A stretch of 64,000 nt of DNA from an uncultured Gammaproteobacteria bacterium (GCA_963729605.1 CAVSNY010000007.1:320001-384000); one strand, 5' to 3'. Shown: positions 29,211-43,389, counted from the stretch's first letter. A program made the numbers and translations. Notes: generated from the letters alone by a model not told the origin.

Positions 29211-29386
29211 AGTGTTTACTCCTTGAATCGTCAAAAATTAAGGTCGGCGATTATACCATTGCCGCCGCCGTGACCGCTGGCCCATTTGCTAGCCCCCGAT
29301 ATTTTTCCTATGCTCGAAGTCTATCCCCACTCACTTTAGGCCGGGGCGGTGAGCAGCAAAGACGGCCGCGCTAGAAAGGGAAGACC

Positions 29387-31393
<2,007 letters not shown>

Positions 31394-31480
31394 ACCGCTG
31401 CGAAAGTCCGCGGGTATGGCGCGCGCTAAATCCCCCCCGGGTATTCGCCACACCCCTAGCTCGAGATCATGCGCAGGTTC

Positions 31481-33445
31481 TTAGAGCGGATCGCGGCCGA
31501 AGACCCGTTTCAACACCGCCATGAATAATCTGCCCGGCGCGGCCTGGCGGGTGCCGTTGTCGTAGACGCCGGTATAGACCTTGCGGATCAGGGCGTCGCG
31601 GCGGGGACCGGGGTCGACGAAGCGCATGCCCATTTCCAGCGGATCGATGGTGCGGCTGAGCTCGCAGGCCAGCGGACCCACCCCCGGCACGTCGAGTTGC
31701 AGTTTTTGTTCGGCGATGGCGCGGGTCAGGCGCACCCGCGCGCCGCTCACCGACAGATCGCGGATGGTGCACGGCAGACAGGAATCGTCGGTGGTGAGGC
31801 GCGAGGCCTCGTTGATCTCGAAGCGTTCCTCCTTGCGCCGGCGCGGCAGGTCGATGCAGACCAGGGCGGTGATCAGCATCAAGATCATGTTGTAGATGCT
31901 CCAGAAGATATTGAGGCCCTGTTGATCGAAGTCGTCGATCACCGCGTATGCCGGCGAAAGATTGATGGCGATGCCGGCGATGTTCAGCAGCAACAGGCCG
32001 ATGAAATAACGCATGACCGACCATTGCACGACGGCGTGATTGCGTTCGCCGCCTTTGGCCGTGACCTTGAAACGCTGGCCGAAGGGCCGCAGCAGCCCCT
32101 GGGCGATCGAGCCGAGGATGGTGAACAGCATGATCAGCCGGGTGACGTCGGTGATGGCGAGGGTGAAGGTCCGGTTCGAAACCCACAACGAGGCCATGAT
32201 CATGGTGACGAAGGCCGGCGCGAAATAGTGGATCAGATCCCGCGCGTCGGCGGTGATGGCGTACACGCCGAAGTACAGATACAGCAGCGGCGCCACCAGG
32301 GTGGCCAGCGTCCAGGGAAAGGTCACCATCCAGCTCATCGCCAGCCAGAGAAAACTTACGCGTTCGAGCAAGCTCAGGCCGGGCGACCACAACGGACAGT
32401 TTTTCATCCGCAATATCTGCATGGTGCCGAGACACCAGCGCGAGCGTTGCGTCAGGTATTCCTTCAAACCTTCCGGCGCGAGGCCGATGCTCAAGGGTTC
32501 GTTGAGATAACGGGTGATGTAGCCGCGCTGCATCAGCACGTAGCTGAGCAGCATGTCCTCGGTGACGCTGTCGGTGGGAAAGCCGCCGATCAAATCCAGA
32601 TGGCTGCGCCGGGTTACGCTCGAGGTGCCGCAACAGAACGCGACGTCCCAGGCGTCGCGCGACGGCTGGACGATATCGAAGAAATAACGCTGTTCATCCA
32701 CCCAGTGGCGCTGCGCGGCGAGATTGGACTGGATGGGGTCGGCGTTGAAGAAATGCTGGGGGGTCTGCACGATGCCGATGCGCGGATCGTCGAAAAAACC
32801 GACGGTGCGCCACAGAAAATTGCGGCGCGGCACGAAGTCGGCGTCGAGGACCATGATCAGCTCGCCGCGGGTTTGCGCCGCGCTCACCGCCAGGCCGTGA
32901 TTGAGATTGCCGGCCTTGGCGTGAAGATTGTCGGGCCGGGTGACGTAGCGCGCGCCCTTGGCGGCGCAGAAGTCGCGCAGCCAGGCGCGTTTGCCGTCGT
33001 CGAGCACCCACACCGCGTAGCGCGGATAGTCCATCGCCAGGGCGCCGACGATGGTGCGTTCGACCACGTCGAAACCTTCGTTATAAGTGGCGATGAACAC
33101 GTCGACGAAGGGCGGCTCGGCGCGGGCGCGCAGGCGCGTCTCGCGGCCGTCCGCCTCGGCCGAGCGCTGCACGATGCGCGACTGGATGAAAAAACCGATG
33201 ACCAAGCCCAGCAACGAGGCCGATTCCAGCAGATAAAAAGCCCATTGCCACAATACCTGCGCCGACAGGGCGAGGTCCGGCAGCGTCGCGAAGGTGCGCC
33301 AAAAGAGATAACGCAGGATCAGCAGCGCCGCACCGCCCAAGACCAGCAGGCGCGCCCAGTTGCGCTCGCGCGGCAGGAACGGCAGCCAGGCGAGCAGCAG
33401 GGCGGCCAGCAACAGGGAAGGCAGCAGATGGGCGTAGGCGTTCAC
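31481..33445 (-). CDS. GT2 beta-glucan synthase (BgsA/CrdS/BcsA-like) with C-terminal PilZ-like domain
   Basis: DDG, HAKAGN, DAD, QTPQ, FCCGT, TED, QRSRW; RxxxR (RKEER) and DLSVSG. Confidence 0.88.
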   Translation of the reverse strand: MNAYAHLLPSLLLAALLLAWLPFLPRERNWARLLVLGGAALLILRYLFWRTFATLPDLALSAQVLWQWAFYLLESASLLGLVIGFFIQSRIVQRSAEADGRETRLRARAEPPFVDVFIATYNEGFDVVERTIVGALAMDYPRYAVWVLDDGKRAWLRDFCAAKGARYVTRPDNLHAKAGNLNHGLAVSAAQTRGELIMVLDADFVPRRNFLWRTVGFFDDPRIGIVQTPQHFFNADPIQSNLAAQRHWVDEQRYFFDIVQPSRDAWDVAFCCGTSSVTRRSHLDLIGGFPTDSVTEDMLLSYVLMQRGYITRYLNEPLSIGLAPEGLKEYLTQRSRWCLGTMQILRMKNCPLWSPGLSLLERVSFLWLAMSWMVTFPWTLATLVAPLLYLYFGVYAITADARDLIHYFAPAFVTMIMASLWVSNRTFTLAITDVTRLIMLFTILGSIAQGLLRPFGQRFKVTAKGGERNHAVVQWSVMRYFIGLLLLNIAGIAINLSPAYAVIDDFDQQGLNIFWSIYNMILMLITALVCIDLPRRRKEERFEINEASRLTTDDSCLPCTIRDLSVSGARVRLTRAIAEQKLQLDVPGVGPLACELSRTIDPLEMGMRFVDPGPRRDALIRKVYTGVYDNGTRQAAPGRLFMAVLKRVFGRDPL

Positions 33446-34745
33446 GGCGAGGGGGCGGTGTCGGCGGGATCGTCCGATTTGTGGAAGCTGACCTTGGCGC
33501 GGCGTCCCACGTGATTGAAAATTTCCGATTCGTCGGCGAATCCGGCCTTATCCAAATTGACCACCACCAGGAATTCGCGGGGTTTGATCGGCGGCGCGGC
33601 CACCGCGAGCACGGAGTCGTCGAGCTTGGCCTCGTTGCCTTGCACGCGTTCGACGGTGCCGTGCAGGGATTTGGGCGAGGCGATCAGATCGACCACCGCG
33701 TCGTCGCCCACCGCGATATCGTCGAAGTGGCGTTCATCCAGGCTGACCATCAGGAACAGGCGCGAGGTATCGAGAATTTGCAGCAGCGGCGCGCCCGCCG
33801 TGACGTATTCGCCGTGGGTGGCCAACTGCAACCAGACTTGGCCGGCGGCGGGGGCGGCCAGTTCGGCCAAATTGAGCCGTTCCAGCCGCTGCTGTTCGAC
33901 GGCCGCCTGCGCTCGGTTTCTTGCAGACGGATCCGCGAGTCGCGCAACTCGCTGCGCAGCGCCTGGCCGCGCAGCAGGATTTCATCGCCGCGCTGCTGGG
34001 TGTAGGGCACGTTGTTGTAGCCGTCGCCGAAATAGATGCCTTGCGCGGCGCTGTGCTTCTCGACCTTGACCCGCTCCACCGCGCGCTCCGCTTCGCGGAG
34101 ATCCGCCAAGGCGACGATCTCCGCGCGTTGCGCCGCCTCCAGCGCGGCGAGGGTCGATAATTGTTTGCTGTATAGCGTTTGCTGCCGTTGCAAGGTCGCG
34201 GCCGCCTCCTCGGCGACGGCCCGCCGCGCGATCAGCCGCGCGTTGGCCTCCGCCAGCAGCGCGGTGTAACGTTCGCCGATCGCGTCGCGGTATTCGCCGG
34301 AGCTGGTTTTGAGGCGCTGCCCGATCCGCTGCAATTCGATGAGTTCCTGTTCGAGGGCGGCGATCTTCTCCAGCAAGGTCGCCTGCTGGGCGCGCAGCGC
34401 CGAGAGCTGGGCGTCGTCGACGCGGTGGTTGCCCAGGCGGACGAGGATTTCATTTTTCGCGACGCGCCGGCCGGCGTTGGCGGCGATGGACAACACGTCG
34501 CCTTCGATGGGCGCGCGCAGGGTGATGACATGGGCGTTGACGACGGCGTTGCTGCTGATGGGGAAGAGCATGTCCGGGATGAAGACCCAGCCCGCGATCA
34601 GGAGTATCAGCGAGCCGAGGGTGATGCGAATCAATCGCGCGCCGCCCCGCTTTTTTGGGGCGCCGGCCGGCGGCGTGTTGGACGGCATGTCCTCGTCGGC
34701 GGCCGTACCTAGGGGGAGCTCTTTAATATTTGATTTGCTCGCCAT
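33442..34745 (-). pseudogene. HlyD-like membrane fusion protein (BgsB-like), split by a 1-bp frameshift near 33910
   Basis: ORF 33750..34745 (NAVVNA..LRAPIEG) switches frame to QAAVEQQRLERLNLAELAAPAAGQVW of ORF 33442..33870. Confidence 0.75.
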
Positions 34746-35010
34746 GAACGGGTACTCCAGTGAGTGATCAACCGGAAATCCGTTCCGGCATTTATTGTTC
34801 TATGCACCAGAATTTATATTGCTACCATTTTATCCAAGCAGGTTACAAGTGGGTAAATGCGCGGCGCACGGCGAGTCTGGCCGCCGCGCGGCCATCCCCG
34901 CCGAGCGCGCTCCCGCCCCCAACGGGTCCGATGCCGGTCATAAAGTTTTATTTGTCATTGGCTTGGTGTTATCCTCACGGCTGACCTAGCGAGATTTATT
35001 TGTCGTGGAT

Positions 35011-35826
35011 ATGCTGCTTTACCTCAAGGCCGCGCTGCTCGGCCTGCTGGAGGGGGCCACCGAGTTCCTGCCGGTTTCCAGCACCGGTCACCTCATCATC
35101 GCCGCCGACCTGTTGAATTTCACCGGCGAACGGGCCAAGACCTTCAACATCTTCATCCAGCTCGGCGCCATCCTCGCCATCGTCTGGCATTACCGCGCCA
35201 AGGTGCTGAGCGTCGCGCGCGGCGTGGGCCATGATCCGGCGGCGCGGCGTTTCGTCGCCAATCTCTTCATCGCCTTTCTGCCGGCGGCGGTGCTGGGGCT
35301 GTTGCTGCATTCGACCATCAAGGCCTATCTGTTCAATCCGGTGTCGGTGGCCGCGGCGTTGGTGCTCGGCGGTTTCGTCATTTTGTGGATCGAATCGCGC
35401 AACCGCGCGCCGCGCATCGAACATGTCGACGATATGCGCTGGCAAGACGCGCTTAAAGTAGGCGTGGCGCAGAGTTTCGCGCTGTTTCCCGGCGTGTCGC
35501 GCGCCGGTGCCACCATCATGGGCGGTTTGTTGAGCGGCCTGTCGCGGCAGGCGGCGACCGAATTTTCATTTTTTCTCGCCATCCCCACCATGTTCGCGGC
35601 GACGCTCTACGATCTCTACAAGAGCCGGGATTTGATCCATGGCGAAGAGGTGGGCTTGCTGCTGACCGGTCTGGTCTGCGCCTTCATCAGCGCGCTGGTG
35701 GTGGTGAAGGCATTTCTGGCCTTTATCGCCCGCCATGATTTTAAAATCTTCGCCTGGTACCGCATCGTCTTCGGCGGCATCGTCTTGGTCTTGGGGCTGA
35801 CCGGCGTGGTGCAATTCAACTCGTAA
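35011..35826 (+). CDS. uppP: undecaprenyl-diphosphate phosphatase
   Basis: EGATEFLPVSSTGH, PGVSRAGATI. Confidence 0.95.
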   Translation: MLLYLKAALLGLLEGATEFLPVSSTGHLIIAADLLNFTGERAKTFNIFIQLGAILAIVWHYRAKVLSVARGVGHDPAARRFVANLFIAFLPAAVLGLLLHSTIKAYLFNPVSVAAALVLGGFVILWIESRNRAPRIEHVDDMRWQDALKVGVAQSFALFPGVSRAGATIMGGLLSGLSRQAATEFSFFLAIPTMFAATLYDLYKSRDLIHGEEVGLLLTGLVCAFISALVVVKAFLAFIARHDFKIFAWYRIVFGGIVLVLGLTGVVQFNS

Positions 35827-36074
35827 TGCCCCGCCCGTTGCCGTCGGCGCGGCAATGACCACCCTGTGCATGGCGCGGTATCTTCGGGTATCCGGCCAAG
35901 AATGGACTATCATGAAACGAGGGCGTTTGCCCTCGCGTGAAATCGTGAAGTGACGTTGTTCGCTGCGGGACGCCCCGCGCCTTTGCCGCGTTTTATTCCG
36001 CATCACCGGGCGCCGCCGAGTTCCCATCCCCCTGTAAATTTCTTGCAATGGCTTATGTCGACAGGAGAAATCCC

Positions 36075-36677
36075 ATGGCAAAAATTCTCGTTCTTTATTA
36101 CAGCATGTACGGCCACGTCGAAACCATGGCGAACGCGGTGGCCGACGGCGCGCGCGGCGTCGCCGGCACCGAGGTCACGATCAAGCGCGTGCCCGATCTG
36201 GTGCCGGAAGACGCGGCGCGCAAGGCCGGCGCGAAGCTGGATCAGGCCGCGCCCGTCGCCACGGTGGATGAGCTGGCGAATTACGACGCCATCCTCTTCG
36301 GTACGCCGACCCGCTTCGGCAATATGTGCGCGCAGATGCGTAATTTTCTCGACCAGACCGGCAAGTTGTGGCTGAACGGCGGCTTGATCGGCAAAGTGGG
36401 CAGCGTGTTCACCTCCACCGCGACTCAGCACGGCGGCCAGGAAACCACCATCACCTCGTTTCACACCACGCTGTTGCATCACGGCATGCTCATCGTCGGC
36501 GTGCCTTATTCCTGCCCGGAATTGATGAATATGGACGAGATCAGCGGCGGCACGCCCTACGGCGCCTCGACCCTGGCCGGCGGCGACGGCAGCCGCCGGC
36601 CGTCGGAGAATGAATTGAAGATCGCGCGTTTTCAGGGAGACCACGTCGCCAAGATCGCCAAGCGGCAGGCAATGTAG
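36075..36677 (+). CDS. wrbA: NAD(P)H:quinone oxidoreductase WrbA
   Basis: YYSMYGH, GTPTRFG, QHGGQE, GGTPYGA. Confidence 0.96.
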   Translation: MAKILVLYYSMYGHVETMANAVADGARGVAGTEVTIKRVPDLVPEDAARKAGAKLDQAAPVATVDELANYDAILFGTPTRFGNMCAQMRNFLDQTGKLWLNGGLIGKVGSVFTSTATQHGGQETTITSFHTTLLHHGMLIVGVPYSCPELMNMDEISGGTPYGASTLAGGDGSRRPSENELKIARFQGDHVAKIAKRQAM

Positions 36678-36838
36678 AGGTGGATTGCGGCGTTCGCGAT
36701 GGGCGTCTCCCCTGACGAGCGGTGAAGTGCATTGATACGCGCATGTCCATCGCACGCCTTGTTTGCGGTTTTTCGCCAGTGCCGTGTTCAGCGGGTGCGG
36801 GTATTTCGCAGATGATTAAACGGCACGTCATCTCTCGC

Positions 36839-37573
36839 TCAGCCCGGCGCGCGCGTGCGCCCGCCCTTCGCCGGCGCGGCGTGGCCGCGCACCGGCAATA
36901 AATCGCTCAACTCCTTTTCCGTCAGGTTGCGCCAATGGCCGACCTTCAGCCCGCCGAGTTTGATGTGCATGATCCGCACCCGTTGCAGGCGCCGGACGTC
37001 ATAACCGAACACCTCGCACATGCGGCGGATTTGCCGGTTCAAACCCTGGGTGAGGATGATGCGAAAACTGAATTTGTCGATGCGGCTGACCTTGCAGGGT
37101 TTGGTGCGGGTGCCGAGGATGTCGACCCCGCCGGCCAGGCCGCCGAGCAGGGTGTCGGTCAGCGGTTTATCGACGGTGACCAGGTATTCCTTCTCGTGGT
37201 TGTGTTCGGAACGCAACACGCCGTTGACGATGTCGCCGTCGTTGGTCAACAGGATCAAGCCTTCGGATTCCTTGTCCAGCCGGCCGATGGGAAAGATCCG
37301 TTCGGGGTGATCAATGAAATCGATGATGTTGCCGGCGATATGCCGTTCGGTGGTGCAGGTGATGCCGACCGGTTTGTTGAGGCAGATGTACACGGGGCGT
37401 TTCTTGCGCGGGCCGATCACGCGCTTATCGACGCGCACCTCGTCGCCCTCGTTCACTTGGCTGCCGAGTTCGGCCCGCTGGCCGTTGAGGGTGACCCGTC
37501 CCTGGGTGATCCACTGATCCGCCTCGCGGCGGGAACACATCCCGGTTTCGCTGATGAATTTATTCAGTCTCAT
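36839..37573 (-). CDS. rluF: 23S rRNA pseudouridine synthase RluF-like
   Basis: S4 domain, [19 protein letters not shown]. Confidence 0.85.
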   Translation of the reverse strand: MRLNKFISETGMCSRREADQWITQGRVTLNGQRAELGSQVNEGDEVRVDKRVIGPRKKRPVYICLNKPVGITCTTERHIAGNIIDFIDHPERIFPIGRLDKESEGLILLTNDGDIVNGVLRSEHNHEKEYLVTVDKPLTDTLLGGLAGGVDILGTRTKPCKVSRIDKFSFRIILTQGLNRQIRRMCEVFGYDVRRLQRVRIMHIKLGGLKVGHWRNLTEKELSDLLPVRGHAAPAKGGRTRAPG

Positions 37574-37921
37574 GTTTGGATACGGCAAGGGCGGTGGGCC
37601 GGAGGGTTGCTGAGCCCTATCATAATCGCCCGCGCGAATTTGCGGGAGCGGAACCCGTGGCGCGATACCTCACGCGGCGGCTTGCCCGCGCCGGGGCCGG
37701 CATGGGTCGCGCGCCTGCTTCAACTCGCCGTCCCTTTGCGCGGAAGGCGTCGCCGTCGCGGGGATAAGGCCGCGCAGCGGACCAGGACCTTCTTCACCGC
37801 CCGGGGTGTGGCCGCGGTGGCGCGCCGCCTGGCCGTTCAGCAGGCCGCGCAAATAGACCCGCGCCGACGGCCAGTCGAAGGAGGAGGCGCGGAAGCGCGC
37901 ATGGCGACATGCCCGCCGCGT

Positions 37922-39190
37922 TTATTTCGTGACGTCGAAGTTCGTGTTCACCTTTTTCGCCACCGTTAGGTTTTTCAGCCGCACGTAATAGGGCAGGCCG
38001 TTTTTAAACGGCGGATAGTCTTCGCCGGCGATCAGCGGTTGCAGATAGCGGCGGCAGGCGGCGGTGATGTGGAAGCCGTCGCGGCTGATGAAGTTGCGCG
38101 GCATTTTCTTTTCGACGTTGGCGACCTTGGCCAGCGGCGCGACCCCGATGGTCCAGCGATAAGGCCGGTCGGATTCGCGGACGATGGTGGGCATCACCGC
38201 GTTATGGCCTTGCAGCGCCAGTTCCACCGCGGCCTTGCCCACCGCGTAGGCCTGTTCGACGTCGGTCCTGGACGCGAGGTGGCGGGCCGAGCGTTGCAGA
38301 TAGTCCGCCACCGCCCAGTGATATTTGTAACCCAGCCGGTCCTTGATCAACTGGGCGAGGCGCGGCGCCACCCCGCCCAACTGGGCGTGGCCGAAGGCGT
38401 CGCGCGCGCCGCTTTCGGAGAGGAAGGCGCCGTCCGGGGTCTTGATGCCCTCGGACACGGCGATGACGCAGTGGCCGTATTGTTGGACGGCCTTGCCGGC
38501 CCGCGCCAGAAAGGCCGCTTCGTCGAAGGCGATCTCGGGGAACAGGATGATGTGCGGCGCGTCGCCGGTTTCTTCGCAGGCCAGGCCCGTGGCGGCGGCG
38601 ATCCAGCCGGCATGGCGGCCCATCACCTCCAGTATGAAAATCTTGCTGGAGGTCTCGGCCATGGAGGCGACGTCGTAGGCGGCCTCGCGGATGGAGGTGG
38701 CGACGTATTTGGCCACCGAACCGAAGCCGGGACAGGTGTCGGTGAGGGGCAGGTCGTTGTCGATGGTCTTGGGGATGCCGATGCAGGTAATCGGGTAGCC
38801 CATTTTCGCGCCGAGCTGCGATATCTTGTGGGCGGTGTCTTGAGAGTCGTTGCCGCCGTTGTAAAAGAAATAGCCGATGTCGTGGGCGCGGAATACCTCG
38901 ATCAGCCGCTCATAGGCCGGCCGGCTCTCTTCCAGTCCTTTTAATTTATACCGCGCCGAGCCGAAGGCGCCGCCGGGGGTGTGGCGCAGGGCGCGGATGG
39001 CGGCGGCGGACTCCTTGCCGGTGTCGATCAGCTCTTCGCGCAGGGCGCCGAGGATGCCGTTGCGTCCCGCGTAGACTTTGCCGATGCGGTCGCGGTGGCG
39101 GCGGGCGGTCTCGATCAGGCCGCAGGCGGTGGCGTTGATCACCGCCGTCACGCCGCCGGATTGGGCATAAAAGGCATTCCGTTTCGCCAT
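37922..39190 (-). CDS. pfp: phosphofructokinase, predicted PPi-dependent
   Basis: QSGG, GGNDS (Asp at the phosphoryl-donor position), PKTIDND, MGR. Confidence 0.88.
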   Translation of the reverse strand: MAKRNAFYAQSGGVTAVINATACGLIETARRHRDRIGKVYAGRNGILGALREELIDTGKESAAAIRALRHTPGGAFGSARYKLKGLEESRPAYERLIEVFRAHDIGYFFYNGGNDSQDTAHKISQLGAKMGYPITCIGIPKTIDNDLPLTDTCPGFGSVAKYVATSIREAAYDVASMAETSSKIFILEVMGRHAGWIAAATGLACEETGDAPHIILFPEIAFDEAAFLARAGKAVQQYGHCVIAVSEGIKTPDGAFLSESGARDAFGHAQLGGVAPRLAQLIKDRLGYKYHWAVADYLQRSARHLASRTDVEQAYAVGKAAVELALQGHNAVMPTIVRESDRPYRWTIGVAPLAKVANVEKKMPRNFISRDGFHITAACRRYLQPLIAGEDYPPFKNGLPYYVRLKNLTVAKKVNTNFDVTK

Positions 39191-39427
39191 GGGTTCTCCT
39201 CGCGTGCGTGGCAGACCGGACGTGCAATACATCCGCGTCGATGAATTGATCTTACACGGTCCTCTTTCCGTTGACTCGGTCGCGTGACTCAGAGTAGGTT
39301 AAGCGGGCCACGGCCAGGAGGGGTCGCGGCACGGCGTCGTGGGCAGTGCCGCCGCAGAAAAAAAACCGATATCACGGCCTCAAAAGCCTAACCCACATCA
39401 TTCACCGCTTTGCGCGAGGACACCGCC

Positions 39428-40678
39428 ATGAGAATTGTTTTGTTGGGAGCGCCCGGTTCCGGAAAAGGTACCCAGGGCAAGTTGCTGTCGTCTAAACACC
39501 GTATCCCGCAAATATCGACGGGCGACCTGTTGCGGGCGGCGGTGTCCGCGGGCACGGCCCTGGGCCGGCAGGCCAAGGCGGCGATGGACGCGGGGCAACT
39601 GGTTTCCGACGAAATCGTCCTGGGCATCATCGGTGAACGCCTCGGCGAGCGCGACGCCGCCAAAGGCTTCATCCTCGACGGCTTCCCCCGCAACATCGCG
39701 CAAGCCGAGGCCCTGGACACGATGCTGATCGAGCGCGGCACGCCTTTGCAGGCGGCGGTGCTCATCAACGTGGAAGTCGAAGCGCTCATCGAACGGCTCA
39801 CCGGCCGGCGCACCTGCGAATCCTGCGGGCAGATGTACAACGTCTACACCTCGCCGCCCCGCCTCGACGACCGTTGCGACAAATGCGGCGGCGACCTCCG
39901 CCACCGCGCCGACGACAACGAAGAGACCATCAGCAACCGCCTGCGGGTCTACGACCAGCAGACCTCGCCGTTGATCGCCTACTACCGCGCGCAGGACAAG
40001 CTCAAGACGGTGAAGGGCGAGGGCGACATCGCCGAGATCTTCGCCGAGATCGAAAAATTGCTGCGCAAATTGCCGTCCGGGGCGCCGGCGGCGGTCCGCG
40101 CCGCCGACACGGCGTCGGCCGAGGAAAAACCGTCGATGGAAGATCTGCGCAAAAAGGTCATGGCCGCCGCGGCCAAGACCACCGCTAAGGAGCAATCGAC
40201 TGCGCCAAAACCGGCGCCGGTTAAAAAACCCGCCGCCCAGCCGGCCGCCGTGAAGGAAGAGGCCGAGCCGGCGGTGACCAAACCGGCGGTAACCAAAAAG
40301 CCCGCCGTGAAGAAGGCCGTGGTCAAAAAGGCCGCGGCCAAGAAGAAGTCCGTGGCCAAGAAGCCCGCAAGCAAGAAAAAGGCGGCGGTGAAGAAGGGCG
40401 GGACGAAGAAGGCCGTCATCAAGCGCAAGGCCGCGCCCAAAAAGGCCGCGGCGAAGAAGACGCCGGTGAAGAAGGCGGCGGTCAAAAAGAAACCCGCCGT
40501 GAAAAAGGCCGTAGGCAAGAAAAAAGCCACGGGCAAGAAAAAGGCGGCGGTGAAAAAGGCGCCGGCCAAGAAGGGCCCGCCTAAGAAGGCGCCGGCCAAG
40601 AAGAAGGTCGTGGCCAAAAAGGCGCCGGCCAAGAAAGGCGCGGCGAAAAAGGCCGCCGCCAAAAAGAAGCGCCGCTGA
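39428..40678 (+). CDS. adk: adenylate kinase with Zn-lid and a long Lys/Ala/Pro-rich histone-H1-like C-terminal extension
   Basis: GAPGSGKGT, STGDLLR, LDGFPR, CESC..CDKC; about 200 extra residues of linker and KKAA/KKPA repeats in the same frame. Confidence 0.92.
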   Translation: MRIVLLGAPGSGKGTQGKLLSSKHRIPQISTGDLLRAAVSAGTALGRQAKAAMDAGQLVSDEIVLGIIGERLGERDAAKGFILDGFPRNIAQAEALDTMLIERGTPLQAAVLINVEVEALIERLTGRRTCESCGQMYNVYTSPPRLDDRCDKCGGDLRHRADDNEETISNRLRVYDQQTSPLIAYYRAQDKLKTVKGEGDIAEIFAEIEKLLRKLPSGAPAAVRAADTASAEEKPSMEDLRKKVMAAAAKTTAKEQSTAPKPAPVKKPAAQPAAVKEEAEPAVTKPAVTKKPAVKKAVVKKAAAKKKSVAKKPASKKKAAVKKGGTKKAVIKRKAAPKKAAAKKTPVKKAAVKKKPAVKKAVGKKKATGKKKAAVKKAPAKKGPPKKAPAKKKVVAKKAPAKKGAAKKAAAKKKRR

Positions 40679-40740
40679 ACGCAGAGGCGTGAATTAATTC
40701 ACCGCCGACTCATTAACCATCCACATAGGCATGATCAAAG

Positions 40741-40768
40741 CGTCCCCTCTCCGTCGGGAGAGGGGACG
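40741..40768. repeat. CCCTCTCC/GGAGAGGG hairpin (REP-like)
   Basis: CGTCCCCTCTCC-GTCG-GGAGAGGGGACG; related hairpin at 57980-58004. Confidence 0.6.
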
Positions 40769-40886
40769 TCGATCCAATATAATGACCCCCAATCTCTCGC
40801 CGGCCGCGCCCTCGCCATGCGCCCCGCGAAGGGGAGCGGGGTGTGTAGTTTATCGCCGGGTTAATCGCCGCGGTCATAGGAGCTGA

Positions 40887-41909
<1,023 letters not shown>

Positions 41910-42144
41910 GCGCCTTTTTGTAAGCAGCCTTTCCACGGAGTGATGGGCGTCGCCTGGTGTCGCGCGGCGCGCATCCGTTCGTCGTCGGCCCCGTTCAACG
42001 GGCGCGCCGCCGCTGGCTTGGACAGGGTCGGCATGGTGGACAAATCAGGCAGGCGTGGACGGCGTCCAATCCGGGCGAAGGTCCACGTGCGCGCGGCGGC
42101 CGGCATCAATCACCGCGCGATCGAGGGTTAGAGGTGGTGTTGCC

Positions 42145-43389
42145 ATGAAGCGCGTATCGAAAAAAATTCTCCTCCCCGCGCTGTTTTTAGCGGTGGGCGG
42201 CGGCGGTGCGGCGCTGCTGGTCGCCACCAAGCCCAAGCCCCCGGCCCTTAAGGTCGAAGAGCAGGCCTGGGTGGTGGCGGTGCAGAAGGTTCAAAGGCAA
42301 GCGGTGGCGCCCTCACTGACGTTATTCGGACGGGTCGAGTCGCCCCGCGCCGCGCAACTGGTCGCGGCGATCGACGCCGATGTGCGGGCCGTGCCGGCCC
42401 GCGAGGGGCTGGCGGTCAAGGCCGGCCAGTTGCTGGTGCAGCTCGACGACCGCGAGGCGCGCTTGACCGTGGACCGGCGCGCCGCCGAGGCGCTGGATAT
42501 CGAGGCGCAAATCGCCGCCGAACGCCAGCAGCACGAAAGCGACGTGGCCGCGCTCGCCCACGAACAGGAGTTATTGCAGTTGGCGGAGCAGGCCTTGGCG
42601 CGCGCCAATCAAGTAAAGGCCAAGCAACTGATTTCCCAAGCGGCGGTGGACGAGGCGCGCCAAGCGGTGGCCCGGCAGAGCGTCAGCGCCGTGACCCGCC
42701 GGTTGGCGGTGGACAGCCACCCCGCCCGTCTCGCGCAACTGGAGGCGCGGCTCGCCAGGGCGCGGGCGGACCTCGCTTCGGCGCGCCTCGATCTGGAACA
42801 CACCCGCATCGTCGCACCCTTCGCCGGCCGGCTCGCCAAGGTGCAGGTGGCGCCGGGCGGCCGGGTCACGATGGGGACGGCGCTACTGGAAATCTACGAT
42901 ACCGCCGCCTTGGAGATCCGCGCCCAGATTCCCGCGCCGCAGGTGGCGGCGCTGCGGCGGATGTTGACCAAGAGCGGTCAAGTGCGCGGCAGCGCCGAGG
43001 TGGACGGCGAGGCCGTGGCGGTGACCCTCGACCGGCTCGCCGGCCAGGTCGACGCCGACAGCGGCGGGGTCGATGGCCTGTTTCATGTGACGCGCGGCGC
43101 CGCCGTGCTCGCCCTCGGCCGCTTCGTCGATCTGGTGATCGACCTGCCGCCGGCCGCCGACGTGGTGGTATTGCCCTACGCCAGTCTCTACGGTTTGAAC
43201 CGGCTCTATGTCATCCGCGACGGCCGCATGGCCGGCGTCGAGGTGGAGGTGGTGGGCGAGCGCCGCGCCGACGGCGGCCGCCAGGTGCTGGTGCGCAGCC
43301 CCGCCTTGCATGAGGGCGCCGAGGTCATCGTCACCCATCTCCCCAACGCCATCGAAGGCCTGCGGGTCAAGGCGGCCCAGGGCTCATGA
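42145..43389 (+). CDS. RND efflux periplasmic adaptor (MFP)
   Basis: N-terminal TM, lipoyl/hairpin motifs (IVAPFAG); overlaps the permease start. Confidence 0.88.
   Translation: MKRVSKKILLPALFLAVGGGGAALLVATKPKPPALKVEEQAWVVAVQKVQRQAVAPSLTLFGRVESPRAAQLVAAIDADVRAVPAREGLAVKAGQLLVQLDDREARLTVDRRAAEALDIEAQIAAERQQHESDVAALAHEQELLQLAEQALARANQVKAKQLISQAAVDEARQAVARQSVSAVTRRLAVDSHPARLAQLEARLARARADLASARLDLEHTRIVAPFAGRLAKVQVAPGGRVTMGTALLEIYDTAALEIRAQIPAPQVAALRRMLTKSGQVRGSAEVDGEAVAVTLDRLAGQVDADSGGVDGLFHVTRGAAVLALGRFVDLVIDLPPAADVVVLPYASLYGLNRLYVIRDGRMAGVEVEVVGERRADGGRQVLVRSPALHEGAEVIVTHLPNAIEGLRVKAAQGS

Noticed and set aside
37590-37920. Short ORFs between rluF and pfk
   Set aside because: GC-rich low-complexity translations with no RBS or recognisable family.
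39982-40662. 226-aa Phe/Ala-rich 'membrane protein' on the minus strand
   Set aside because: It is the antisense shadow of the Lys/Ala repeat tail of adk.
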